From Glycera tridactyla (taxonomy: Eukaryota): a stretch of DNA of 64,000 nucleotides. The stretch lies in assembly GCA_965644265.1 (NCBI GenBank), contig OZ286461.1, positions 95,604,001-95,668,000 on the forward strand, written 5' to 3'. Positions 27,101 to 42,100 of this stretch are shown here, one piece after another; position 1 is the stretch's first letter, and every line of letters starts with the position of its first letter. The notes below the pieces were generated by a model. The model had not been told where the DNA came from. It ran no database searches and saw only the letters and a list, made by a program, of their open reading frames with translations. Made by a program: the position numbers and the translations under genes.

Positions 27101-30100
27101 TTCGGATCATCAAGCACTGATTTCTTGAGGGAAATCTCTCCTGTGACAGCATCGATCATGAAATACTGAAGAATTCCAGCTTCTCCAACCAGTAGATATC
27201 GTACTTCATTGTATGGTGACTGCAAACAAGACAAAAGGTTTAAATGTATCACTGAATATATTTCCCTGGTGTCCCTACACAATATAAAGTAATCAACTCA
27301 CTTCATGAGATATTCTCCACAGAATCATTTTGGAGTGAATATTCGGTAACTTTTCTCCCACAGACCCTGTGTTTGATTTTTCCTTGAGTCTGACCCAAAG
27401 CTACACATGCCATCAATCCCCTGGCATGTTCAGATGAGTGTAATATCCCCACGGATAAATTTCACTTGCTACAAAGTGGCAGAAAACACGCAAGCAAGAA
27501 AAGGAAACTACCAAAGACATCAGGGCCAGGTTTGGTTGCCAGCCAAAAAAATAAAGTTAGATTGTTGACATTTCATCGGTCCAGGTGGCACCAATTGCTT
27601 GTTGGTTGACTCATAACATAGTTTAGGAGAAAAGTTTACTTACCTTAGTATCAGAATCACTGGCAGATACTTGAGTGAATGGTAGACCGAGTGCCTGTGT
27701 TTCCAAGATTTCCTTCTCATAATTAGTATTGGCGAACACAGGTGGATTCAGATTACGGTTGACATGAACTTGGAGCAAACTCATTGTCTTCAGTGGTGGT
27801 GTTCCCCCATCAGCTGCCTCGATACGAATCTGGAAACAAATCATGGAAACATTCACCTGAGCTCACTAATCAAGTGCTTCACCGATAAATATAGAGACTG
27901 CTCATGAATATCATCATCCCCATCAGAATAACGATCCATTTCTTCCTTATTGCCTTTACATAGTGTGGCAGCAAGAGTGTTCAAAACTGCTGAAAAGCAT
28001 GAACTTCAATTTTCCAATGAAGATGGCCAGTTATGGCTGGAATGCTCAAAGGGGATTATATAGATTCTACAATCAGTCAGAACATCCCATCTGATGAAAT
28101 TATCCTGTGATGAAAAGACCAAGGTTTTCTGCTCAAGCATTCATTCATGGTCCCCGGCTAAGAACATCTTGTGGTAACAGATCATTAGTTACTATGGGAT
28201 CCAGAATATGGAACTCTATGGATCCTGATGTAAGAAATTCTAGAAGTCTTGGTATTTTTAAGACAAGTTACTGGAAGTCAAAACCATCCCTGTTCATGAT
28301 GTTAGAGTAAGGAGCTGTGGTTCTCATACATGCTCTGACTATTAAGGTGACAGTGAGCAGCAGTGAAGTCTTGGTGTGGTTGAATAATCCATATTGAATA
28401 TTCATAATACCCATCTAACATACCATATTAGAATATGAATATATACTCCAGCTGTTGGCAAGATAACTTCACTGAACCAGCGCATATGGTGTTATAATCA
28501 TACCTATGCAGAATGACCATGTGATACCCATGACAATGGTAGTAGCCAATATCAGCCTAGGCTGGGTTTTTTCAAGGTTCGTCAAGGTATCTCTGTCACG
28601 CGAATTTATGCTACTTTTCACAAGGTTAAATAAAGTCCATGTCATTCTGTCATTCTGTCATTCATGTTCATCCTGATGGTCTAGATGTGTGATCTCCGAA
28701 CTTCTAATTCTCAATTATGAGTATGTAAAACACAAATCATCAAGATATGGCAATATCATTGCGATGTGGAAATGGTGCATAATATAGGAATCGATATATA
28801 TTCTCAAGCTGTGGAATAACTGGAATAATCGGCAACAGTACATAGCCGTATGAAAATATGTGCTGATTCCTACCTGGTAATCAGTCTCATAATCATTGTT
28901 GATTTCACGTTGAGTCTTGACCTCTCCCTTCTCAGGATCAACTCGGAAGTATGTTGGAGCTGAATCATCACCAATGATAGCATAATGGATGACATTGAAT
29001 GGAGTCTGAAAAAAGAAACAGTTATACAATCAGTACAATTGAAGAAGAACAAGACATTTTCGGAGAGATAACTCCCAAATGCATCTGATCTGATCTCAGA
29101 AAGTGATCATTCTGACACACCCTGGTTCANNNNNNNNNNNNNNNNNNNNNNNNNNNNNNNNNNNNNNNNNNNNNNNNNNNNNNNNNNNNNNNNNNNNNNN
29201 NNNNNNNNNNNNNNNNNNNNNNNNNNNNNNNNNNNNNNNNNNNNNNNNNNNNNNNNNNNNNNNNNNNNNNNNNNNNNNNNNNNNNNNNNNNATGAAGAGT
29301 TGCCACTTAATCATTCCGAGCATATCTCCATCTTTATTCCCATCAAGTGTAGGTAATGGTCACATCATACACTCACTCAAAACATGCCTTTGACAAGATA
29401 CCACTTGTAGCAAAACTGCCATTTCATGTGAAGAGCATAAATCATATGAACCCAGATATGGCTGCAAGTCTGGAGTGGTTTTTTTTTGACACATTCAAGA
29501 TAGAGAATATTTGATGGAAGATTTGCTGAACATTTTCTCTGTTAATCAAACTGAACATTCTTGAAGACGTGAATGGCATTCTACCATCAAGATTGATACA
29601 CCACATACCCAGGTCTCATAAGATTCAAAATCTCTGAATGGGTAAGTGATATTTGTATGTTACTCTCCCGGATTCACATCCCATTGGATACAAGAGTGAC
29701 AAATTTGAAGACTGAGAGTTAATTTTACTCACCGCTGCATCCCTGTCCTCTGCCCGTACTGTATAGACAAGGGTGTCAACTGAGATGTCCTCTGTAACAT
29801 TTTTCCTATATGGTGTTCCGATAAATTGTGGTGTCTGCGTATTACGAATCACATTAACCACAACGCGAGATGACTGTCCAAGACGACTCTCTGGCACACC
29901 CATATCACGGGCAAGGACAGTTATCTGTAGAGACAAAGCACACTGGACATCACACATATGAAATACCTTCAATCAGAAGTGAATCTGATTATCAACAGAA
30001 ATTCGAACTATTGTTTTGGTAGCCCTATGCTAATATAGATCGCCTATGAATCATTTCTTGGTTGCTGATAAAATACTTCCAGGGCTGATTTTAAATTCTC

Positions 30101-33100
30101 AGAGGAATTGTCAATAGTTTTTGATGAGCATGTTTTGTGGGTAACTCTATAATTCATACACAGGATTAAGAGATTGCCAACAATTTTGTAGCAACTAAAC
30201 TTGGCCCTGATGTTATGTGCTCATACCCCTTGATGAATCAAGATGTATAGATGGATTATATCCAAAAACCAATATATATCTGTCAATGATGGAGGTAATG
30301 TATCATTTCAGGTAAGTCAGGTCAGGAGTTCTCTAATGTGCAAAAAGAAACAGAATTATCACATTTTCAAACAAACAAAAGACGACGTAAACTTCAAAGC
30401 ATCAATATCCTTAAATGTGATATATTCGGGGGTCAATCCAGAAGTAACAGGCTATCGATGCCTATGTTGATGTAAATGTCACCAAAAAATCATGTGTCTT
30501 GATCAGCTAGACCCACAAAATCGTACTTGATGATATTCAACTCTGAATGTGCACAGTCTGGGACATTACCGTGTATTGGATGCTTGTCTCTCCAACCAGA
30601 GTTCTCCTGAGGAACAGCTGCCCTGAGACGGGATCAAGTAAGAACCTATCACCATACTGGGAGTTCTCCTCAATTTCATATCGGATAGTGTTGTGTGGTA
30701 CTTTGTCATCCTGGTCCTCGGCGGTCACAGTGAGGATGGGCTCTGTGAGAGGATGAGTCTCCATGATCTCCTCCGTCCACTCTGACTGGACGAATCTCGG
30801 TGAGAAAAGATTACGATTCACGTTCACTGTAGCCACCGATGTCACGGCACATGGTGGGACACCACCATCTTGAACCATCACTCGTAGCTGTAATGAAGAA
30901 TTAAATGATATACATGTCATGAAGAACTCTTGAAGAGACAGAAATTTAAATTTCCATGAGAACTTGAACAAAAATGATATGGAGATATGAAATTCCTCAA
31001 AAGCTTGAACAAAAAATATGAGGAAAGTTGTGATTCCTTGAAAGCTTGTAGATATGGAATTCCATTTTATCTATGAAATTAGCAAACGTGACAAAATGTC
31101 AGCTACCCTGGCAGTAAATGGCTGTGAAACAGTCAATTTGCAATATCAACCAAACTGATCCAAATGGAGCCAAACAAAGTTTCAAAAATTTCAAAGCGGC
31201 ATCTTAACTGACAATGTTCAGTATGCAGGACTCCCTCCGATCAGAGTTGTGATTTTCGTATGTAGGAAACAACCCTGTTATTTCATATAAGGTATGATCA
31301 ATGGAAAAGATAGAAACCATGCAACTAGGCAATATAATCACCTGGTATTGGATCTCATCGTCTGATCTGAGGTCAGTTTTCACTCTGATTATTCCAGTCT
31401 CTGCCTCAATTGAGAAGAACGTTGGTCCCTGATCATCCCCAAGTAGGCTGTATGACAGCTCACGGAATGGGGTATTCTGCAAAAAAAATGTACAAAATTC
31501 AATCATCAATTAATCACAATCCTACTCTGGTGTTGTCCTCTTCAAAAGATACATTCTTGGCAAAGTATTACAGACATTTCTGGCAAAAGAAGTACATCAG
31601 TGAATATTCACTGGATGAGCATGATACAAAGAAAAAAACTACCGAGTATTTCTCAAAAGAAATGGATTCACAATCAAAATTTCAAAATCCCAAAGCAATT
31701 CATGACATGCATGCCTTTATAATTTTCATGCAATAACAGACTGATTTCAGTACAACATCAAATCTATCGAATAGTATCAATATTATGTACATTCCAATAT
31801 CAAATTGCTAATATTCAAATAGGTATTAAAGATGTTTCAAAATCCAGTGCTTGAATTAAATTCAAATGCTTTATCCAAACTCATATTACAAAATAACCCC
31901 ATGAACAGGCTTTTCTGCTACATGACAAAATGACCTTGTGTCAAATGTGCTATGGAGAGCAAGTTGGTAATGAACTGAATATCTCCGACTCACCTGTGGA
32001 TCAAAGTCGACTGCTTGAATTGCGATCACCTCGGAGTTCATTGCCTTGGTTTGATCAATGGCGGCCACATAGGGCTCACCCTGAAGCTGTGGACAGTTGT
32101 TGTTCCGCTGCACACGAACCGTCACTGTGGCACTGTCAGGACTCACCAATTCAGGGAATCCAAGATCATGTGCACTGACTACAATCTGGAAATGCAAGAT
32201 GATGGTCATACAAAAATACATGTACCTTGCAATACATATGATGTGGATTATTTTTAAATGGGTCTTTTCTGAGATCTGATGTGACAGGCATGACAGTTTG
32301 GTTTGAAATTCAAATGTCACATCCTAATTTAGATATATGTCACATCCAAATTTGTATATGCAATCAGTCTTCACGAAAAAAAGTTTCAGCCACTCTCCCA
32401 TTGGGAGAGCAGATTGGGAGAATCACTGTCCGGAAAATGAATTCACTCTCCCAAATATGTGCAAGTCCCACTAATATATATCTTCCTGAGGTTAGATCTT
32501 CAGAATCATACATGTGCAGGCAAATGCAAAGCCTACTCACAGGGACTAGAGATTATTGTTGGTGTAATCAAAATTGTGGTGTTCTGTCCTCACAGAAAAT
32601 CCACCACTCACATCAACTAAAACATTTGGAAGTTTCACTCTCCCGAAATCAAATTCACTCTCCCCGGGATTCGGGAGAGTGCTAAATTCGAAGACTGTGC
32701 AATACTAGGGAAGCCATCATGAAGACATGGAAATCCTTAATATTGATGTGGTTGTAGCAAAAAAATAAATCCCATAGCATATTCTACAGTGTTTGCGTTC
32801 TCCCGAATTACTGATGTCCATGCCATATACATGTACTTTCTGTGTTGAATTTCTCAGATGTTGGTGATTTGTTATAACTCGGTTCAGGCAAGCATACTTA
32901 CTGTGTAACTAGAAACTTCAGGATCATCTTCTGAGAGTGGTTTCTTGATGTAGATTTCTCCTGTCATCTCATTGATCAGGAAATACTCCAGTGCTTTCTC
33001 TGATGCTGTTATCTGATAACGGATCTCATTGTAAGGAGCCTGAAACATGAAAAGAAATATCATATATTCTGAACATCCATAATTCGACAGAGAGTAGATG

Positions 33101-36100
33101 ATAACATCCATGATTTCACAGAATCTGAGAAAAGAAACTTTACTGATCAATCCACTGTTTTGATGAATATGAAGACTGTATCTCTAAAAGTGCATACAGT
33201 TTGAAATACGAAAGTTGAAATCTCTCCATCATGAAATCCAGAGTGACTGAAGATACCCTGCATCATACAATGCTTGATGTGCAATGTTAAACTGAGATCA
33301 GCTGAATGTCTGTACATGATTTGTTCTTGTAACCCTCATGATAAGTAACACTAATATGCCTTTATGTGATTTTGTGTCATCTGTTGTGACATCATTGTGA
33401 ACTAACCTTGGTATCTTCATCAGTAGCATTCACATCAGCAATGGCAACTCCAAGAGGATGATCTTCAAGAATATTTCTATCCAAACGCTGTGGATTGAAT
33501 ATTGGTGCAAATTGGTTTCTGTTCACATTCACAGCTACAGTGGCAGTGGCGGTCTTCATCGGGTCTCCTCCGTCCTCGGCCATCACTCGAATCTGAAACA
33601 TTATAATGTGATTGTCATGCTCTTTCAGTTGAAATTTATCATAAAGATGGATTTGTCTCTTCGAATATGTCTGTATCTCATGACATAGAATCATAACTAT
33701 CCAGGGGTAACCTTGGTAGCAATTGATATGCATTGCCAAAGATGCATCAAAACAACATAAAACATACATAGCAAATGTATTCTTCATTCACCTGACTCAA
33801 CAACCTGTTTTGTTTTTACTTCTGCATGAGCTGATGTGAATAGAAGAAGGCACTATATCATCACTAATTCTGATGTACATTAGTCTGATTAACTGAAGTG
33901 AGACTTGGCGACTGAGATCAAGCTGTGCCTCTGAAATATTTGCCATCATTTCACTGAATCTATGATGTGGTACCTACCGTGTATGTGATATCAGAGTCAG
34001 CAGTGAGCGAGGTATTGAGATTGATATCACCACTGTCAGAGTTGATTCTGAATAATGACGATGCCTTGTTGTCACCAATGATACGGTATGTCACTTTGTT
34101 GAAGGGGGCCTGCAAAATACATTCAAGTCCTCTTGTTAACTCGAATTGACAACTGGAATAATCTTGTTGGATACAGCAGGGATGAATGGTATCCAAAATT
34201 TACATCATAATAGGGATATTTCAAGTGTGTTTCTGTGCCCTGAGCATATATGCTGATTACCCAAAAAGACATGCACCCACTACTTGAATCTATCAACGGC
34301 ACCAGAGATGACTAGTGAAAATGTTTGACAGAGCAGGATAATTGTGTACTCCGTGATATGAACGAAAGGCATGCATCTTTAAAAAGTGATCTTGACACCA
34401 TTGATATGCCTAGTTAGTCACGAGTATGAAATCCCAATAGACTTGCATGCCACTTGCCTATTTCCTCGCGCCCTTGGCGTATATCCAGCAATATACAGTA
34501 TGTGGGGCATTGCTCATACAGAAATTTGCCTTATGGGTGCAAAATATTTGATACTTTCCACAATTTCCACTGATCTCAAGCTTTTCCCTAGGAGACCTTT
34601 AAGATCAATTTGAGTACATTGACTAATCAGGGAGTCTTCTAGGCACATGAACTTTACTCAGGCCACATGAAGTCGCAGGCATATATTTTGTGGAATACCT
34701 CTGATTTATGTCATGGACATGGAATAGTTCTGCTCATACAGATGATCATCAGGCGAGAGGATGTTCTAAGGAATGTTTCGAGCTGTATGAGTTATCTTTG
34801 TGACTTTATGTAATGATCATAGGTTATCGACCTAGAGTGCAATGCTTTCCTGTCTTACCTCTGCATCTCTGTCATTTGTTGTTACTGAGTAGACACTGCT
34901 TCCAACACTCAAGGATTCTCTGATGGTTGTCTGGTAGGGTGTACGCTGAAATTCTGGAGCAAACCAGTTGCGGCCAATAGAGATGTCAACCTCCGCCTCT
35001 GTGCTGGCTCGTGCTGGGTCGCCGCCATCATATGCTTGGATGCGAACCTTCAACAAATGAACAATATTCAGAACCCTATACAAAGACTGATTGTACAACT
35101 GGCAAAATCTAAAATGTAATTCTGTGTGGAACAGAATAATTCACAAATCAGAAAAAACATCATGGGATGAATTTCTTTCTGCAGTGTGGAAAGAATTACT
35201 GTTTGCTGATCTGAAACCTGCATCAATAAGTGGTCTCATTGAAAAATATTTCCTGATGTTCCTTCTATAGATGATATAATTACACAATGCAATTGCAATT
35301 TCTTTCAGACCTTGCTATAGTCAAATAATAGCTTGAATCAATTAATTCCTTCAACAAGATGGGAAAGTGCCCTTCTCATGTGCACAACAGGTAGACTATG
35401 TTTAATGAAATTCTCCATCTTCAGTTATGGTAGGATTGACACTGCATATTGTGAATCAATATGCACAATGAACTTATTGGATGGATTTGACAATCACACA
35501 CACAAAATAGGAAAAATTTGTGCAAAATCCCCACTGGAAAATATGTCCACTCTAGTGTGCAGTGATTACCATGGTTGACACGAATGGTTGATGATGCCAA
35601 TCAATGATTTATCATCCAATGTCTACAGATTATTATATGAAACTTACACTGTATGCCTCCTCAAGGCAAGGCTCGAGTAGGAGGGATTGCCTCAGTACAA
35701 CATCTCCAGAGATTTCATTGATGGCGAAACACTCCATGGCAGCCTCTGTACCAGTGATACCATATGTCAGCAAGTTGTATGGTGACTGAAAAATGATAGG
35801 AAATTGCATGGATTACACTGAAAATTAGATATCAATTACCAATTACAAAGGAATGATAACACAATGTTTTGCTTTTTTGAGGACTGAATATGTGGTAAAG
35901 TGTTACATGAGGTTAAAAGAAAGGTTTTCATCGATTACTCTATCTGTCCCTTTTTGACACAGTCAAGAGTATACTTGGTAGAGATGTGATGAACATTCCA
36001 TCTGTTCACTGAACTGAACACTGTCAGCTGGCATTGAGAAATGGTGATTCCAGCTGGCAAAATGGAGATATGGATCACCAAGTCTCAGAAATATGAAGTG

Positions 36101-39100
36101 CTACCCTCATACATTTGATGATCAATATGATGATTAGCTCTTCCATGATGACATTCACCTGATTGATATCACCAATCAACACAACATAAGTGATGATGCA
36201 GCTATTGAAATTATCAACAGAAACGACCCACTGAAAGTATGTCAGATTCCACTTTGGGTACATAAGTTATCAACTGATATGCTACTTCACCATGAACTTG
36301 GGGTCAAAACTAGTGGATCTGAGGAGATAAGTGTGCCTTTCATTGTGCCTTTCACACATTTGAGCAGATAGCACACAGGTGTCAATTTGATCATCACTAT
36401 TTTGTTGGCCAGGCTATTCACCTACAGGTGAGTCAAGCTCAATACATGATTTTTTTCATAAAAATAGGGAATAAGCTCACTACCAATGTGTGAATTACCC
36501 ACCTTTCTGTCAGCATCGGTGGCGGACACACGGACAATGGAAGTTCCAAGAGTGATTCCTTCGTTGATGTTTGCTTCATACTGTGATTGTTGCCACACTG
36601 GATCATTGAAGTTCCTGTTGACCTTCACTCTCACTGTGGTTGTGTTGGATCTGGCTGGTATACCTCGGTCTGCCACGTTAGCTCGGATCTGAAATTGGAT
36701 TGATGAGAGTTTCAGTTGTATGATTTGTCCTGTTCAACAAATCTCCGGTGATTTGAAGGAGTCAATATATTATGCTGATGAATTCAAGGTGAATGATTGA
36801 CAGTCTCAAAACTGATAGCAGAATTCTGACAGAAATGAAACTGGAAGTAATTCAAAGAATGCTTTACCCGAAACATGAACTTTAGGATTGGATTTGATGG
36901 TCGAAGCTGCTTTTCATTTTCAAAATACTATATACCGATGAGAACAAATTAGTGTGATCATTAGTGTGGTGATATTTCTCTAGATGCATGCATGCCAGAA
37001 CAACAAATGATCAATTTGAAATCAAAGTATCGAAATATATATCAGAAAGTTGTCAACACCTCTCAACGCAGGAAAGCATGTATGCAAATTGTTTCTCACC
37101 GTGAATTCCTCAATGGATGTCTCCTCCAGATTTCTTTTGATGGAAATGTCTCCGCTGACAGATGAGATACCAAAGTATGTTGGTGCAAGATCATCTCCAA
37201 TGATGGAGTAAGCCAGAGTGTCAAATGGACCCTGAAAAGTAGCGTGCATATGAGCATGACATGTGAATCACATTTCAAACATGTATCTTCATGATAGGTC
37301 AATATTCTATGATGCAAATTCAATCACAACACTGCCATTACCTGATAAGAAGTAATTCAGATAAGTATACTGTATGGTGAACCAGCAGGTTGTTTAGTTG
37401 AGCTAATGGAGAAAACGTTCGCCAAATCCCCTACCAAATATTGTCTATCATGGGGACCCTGTTTCCGTTATGTAACGTTAGCGAGTGTTAGCTGCAACTG
37501 AACAGCCTGCAGTATATGCCAACTCATAACCAGCTCAAAAATGATCTTACAACATGAGTGAAAAACTCCCGATCTTTCATGGGAGATGGTCATGCATGGC
37601 AGACCTCAGTCAATCTTGTTCAACAATTCTTTCGAATGATTCAGGAATTTCAAGTAATCTGACAGTATGGGATATTACATTCTTTCGGCTGTCTTGCAAG
37701 GAAGATATGATATAAATGGGCCTAACTAGCATGAGATTCAGGGAAAGTTAACATAGACAAGAGGAGAAAGGGTCATTTTCGAATACTATCCACAGACAGA
37801 ATGCAACACATTTGAAATGGGAAAGTGTGAGTTGCAGATTTAGATGTCTGATTATCTAAAGAAATAATGTATGCATACCTCAGGATCAGCATCAGTAGCT
37901 TGAACTTCAAAGATCTTGGTGTTGATGTCTTGGTTCTCATTCACAGTTGTTTCATATGGCAGATTGCCTTCCCAGGAGGGAGTGAACATGTTACGAGTGA
38001 CTTGGATTGTTACTCGTGCCTGTGATGGACTGTTCTTTGGTGGTGTGCCACCATCTGTAGCTTGCACATCGACCTATATGTGGTGAAGAGAATTTCAATT
38101 TTCGTATGTGTTGCAAAATCATCATACATTGTAATAGTGAAGAAAAACTAGCACTGTCATCTTGATCATCTTCTCACAACAATCTTTTGCACAACTACAC
38201 CAGAGGTATCTCAATCAATCAACTAATCGATTGATATAAGTGTTTATCTGACTCTTAAATTGAAGGTACAAACTTTTCTGTCTGGCATACAGCTGATACA
38301 ATAATGCCCCTGGAAATCAGGCGGCTTGCCACACATATGAAACAATACAGGATTGATCACATATCTCCACTGCTACATATGAATGATAACATATATATTG
38401 CAAAATGCTTACTTCTCTTCAACCGAGGCAGGTTTGTTGCTTGGTAGGTTGGTCATCTACTTACTTATGATGGAAGGTGAAAACCTTTGAAATTCACAGG
38501 CTGTGAATGATTATATGAGACCTGATGAAGTCCTGATTCATAGCCAGACCAAATATACTTACACTGTATGTGGTACGTCTCTCAGGATCCAAGGAAAGTC
38601 CTTTCTTGACAGAGATCTGGCCAGTGTTTTTATCAATCATAAAGTACTCTTGTCCTAGTTCAGTGCCCGTGATTGCAAAGGTGAAAACATTGTAAGGTGC
38701 CTGAAAATTTCAGAAAAACACAAAAATTGATCACTCTATGAGATGGAAATTGGGTAATGAGTATTCCAAAATAAATCATTTCTGTAACCAGACTGTATGA
38801 GCACTCCTAACAACAATACTTCTGGAAGAAAACCGCAAAAACAAACTTGAATGGTGCATAGTTGCAGCTGGCATTTGCTTATACTTTTGCTCAATGATTT
38901 GTGATGAAAGTAGTGATCTCCGGGCCATCCAGTTGTAGCAAACATTTGCTAAATTTGAGAGTCAAATTTCATCAATGTACTGAATAATGTGATGATATGC
39001 AGCTGAGATGCAAGATTTTAACAGAACTATTTCAGTGACACACCTTCTGGTCCTCATCTGTTGCTCGCACTTGTGTGAATGGGACGCCCAGCTGCTGCGT

Positions 39101-42100
39101 TTCCAGGATATTGACTTCATACTCAGCAGGTGAGAATTGAGGGGCATTAAGGTTCCTCTGAACCTTGACAGATACAACGGAGGTATCACTTCGTGCAGGG
39201 GTACCTCCGTCATAAGCCATGATGCGAACCTACAATGGTAATACTCATTGATCAAATAGGTTCAATAACAGGTACATGAATGCTCACTCATTACATCAGC
39301 TCAAATTATACAAAATAATGATATATTACGATCAGATTTTTGATACTGCCAATTACCCTTGATGAACAAATGTACCAACAAGTTGGATGGGTCAATACTA
39401 AGCCCCGAACAAGCCACGCACTCACTGGTGGCAATGCACAAAATTGACGATTTCAGCTCTCTGTATACCAGCATATGATACACATGACATATTGACACAA
39501 AACTACACCCTGGGTGCACTACCATTTCCTGACTATAGACTCAATTGTACACATAGCAGCTTTAGATACCGTGCATGGCTCTCAAGGACTAGGCTTACAT
39601 TCAGAAACAAAAAGAATCGAAGTGTTGATTTTCTCAAGAGTGTATGACTCCTATGTCCTGCAACTTTCAGAGAGCAATTCACATCACTGAGGCAGGGAAC
39701 AGCTAGCTAGAAAATGATGAGGGTGCAAGTATTCCATCCTCACAAACCAGTGATGTCTGACAGTTGCATATGAGTGATTACTGAGGTCCCATCCAATGAA
39801 TTATTTTTGCACCTAATGTATCAACCCACCCCATACCATATCTCCCAGGACATGCTCCATATGAGAGATGACTTGATTAAAAGCCATGCACCATCTCATA
39901 TAACTTTTGTATTGATGTATTGCATATAGTAAGTATCATTATCACATGATTGTTGAATTTTCACCAGTAGTCACCCAACGAAAAAGGCCAACTAGTCAAA
40001 CCAATCCTCCCATCCTTATCAAAGGTCTATATCATTTAGCAGAAGGAAATCCTATGATGTCTTATCCAATCTAATCTATTCTCAGAGAAGAAATAACTCA
40101 TTACCCTGTAGTCTGTTTCTGTATCTCCATTGACTGATGCTTTCAAGGTGACCTCTCCACTCAGCTCACCGACAGAAAAGTAGACTGGTGCCGTATCATC
40201 ACCGATAACCACATAACGTATAAATCGATATGGTTCCTGTCAAGAGATATACATAGAGATCATTATACTGTACACGTTTTTTTGGTATCAGATAACCTTC
40301 ATGGCCTTCAAAATCAGAAAAATATAAATCTTTTGCAGCATTAAAGTTTCAATGGTATTCACAGATATAGTCCAGTCATTCTAAACAAGTCATAATATTG
40401 ATCAACACTGCTTGTACACAGGCGAGGCCATTGGTGCCATATTGCAGATCGAGGTTCGAATGCACGATTGATTGAATGGTTATTTTCGGAGAATGTAATT
40501 CATGTACTATCAATGAAGATTCGTGTATATTGGTTTCTTCTGTCCAACCTCCCTTCACATGAGAATTTCACTATGGGCTTGAACATAAATCTGACCAAAT
40601 AGTCAAAATGGGCCTGAGTTGAGGGCTAGAGTGTGCCATTTGGGGAGCTCAACACAGAAGTATGTATGCTCCTACGCAAGCTGGTTAGTGACATGCTGGA
40701 AGTCGAAAATCAAATCCATGAGAAGTGATCAGATGATCTCTCTAAATGTGATTTGTACATTTGAAAGGTGCATCTTTAGATATATCTCAATTCAAATTGA
40801 TCTGAGTCACCACATTCATTCAATCATTCTTTCATCATTTGCGCCATGAATGCAAATGACAGCCACGACATGCTTATGGGTAGATACCACCCAATACATT
40901 TTAGTGTTTTCATAAGAACACTCTAAATGTACATCTATATCACCTGAAGATCACAAATTGAGAACAACAACATGCAGACAGCAATGTTCAGGGAGTGAAA
41001 TCAAATACTAACAGCCTCATCTTGATCAGTTGCTGAAACAGTTGCAATCGAGGTATCGGTCGGGGCATCCCTGTTGATCTCTTTGAAGTATGGCTCCTGC
41101 TGGAAGAGAGGTGTGTGCTCATTGCGTTCCACATTTATCGTCACTCTCGCTGGCTCTCGACTCGTCCTGGGGTTCTTGCCAAGGTCAGTAGCAAGAATAC
41201 TGAATGGCTGAAATGAGAGAAACACACACAACTGTTATGTACAAAGCCCAACTAAGAATATGTATTGTCTCATGAAGATCCCCCTAGGTTTGGAATTTGA
41301 GTGTGAAATATTCTTTCATACCTTCACAGTAATAGATAAACTTCTCCGATATCAGGCTCATTGGTGGATTTCATCCAGAACGAAATTATAATAGTACTCA
41401 TGATTTTTGCATCCTCAGAAATGATCCATGTTTGTTTGTTTGCACCTGTTTTGAATTTAGGTTCCTTTTGTTGCAATTATATTATGAGAATCTGTCTCTA
41501 CAAGTGGATACTGCAGGCAGGATGATGATATGAACAACTCATCAGATAATTTCTCTATTGCAAAAACTCACCCCATACTGTTTGATTCCAGAGCTGTCCA
41601 GTCTGAGTGATTTCAGCAGGTACAAAATACCAGTCTGTGGATCGACCTTGAAGTACTCCAAGATTTTGGGGTCAGAATTCTCCTGAATCTCATACCGTAC
41701 CACATTATATGGCTCCTGAAAAAAAGTAATTCATGTGTGAGGAATATCATGACATGGGTTTTATCATCAATATTAGAACTCTACTCTACAGTCAAAAATC
41801 TGGCAAAGATATTGGAAAAGGTTACAAGCAGAAATAAGGTATATCGGAATGTAAAATTACTTTGAATGAGATCTGAAAACTAAAATCATACCTTAGTATC
41901 CTCGTCATCAGCTGACACTTGCAGAATAGAAACACCAATGTCATATGTTTCCAGGATTGTTTGGGAATAGTCACGTGGATTGAAGACTGGATCATGGAAG
42001 TTACGGAGGATCTCGACCTTAGCTGTGGCAGTTGCTGTCTGAGCGGGCACTCCGCCATCCTTGGCCAACACACGAAGCTGCAAATGAAAGTTATTTTTTT

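Noticed and set aside
30243-30470. Strong plus-strand donor ttcag|gtaagt at ~30311, suggesting an antisense gene
   Set aside because: Isolated site with no other supported plus-strand exons.
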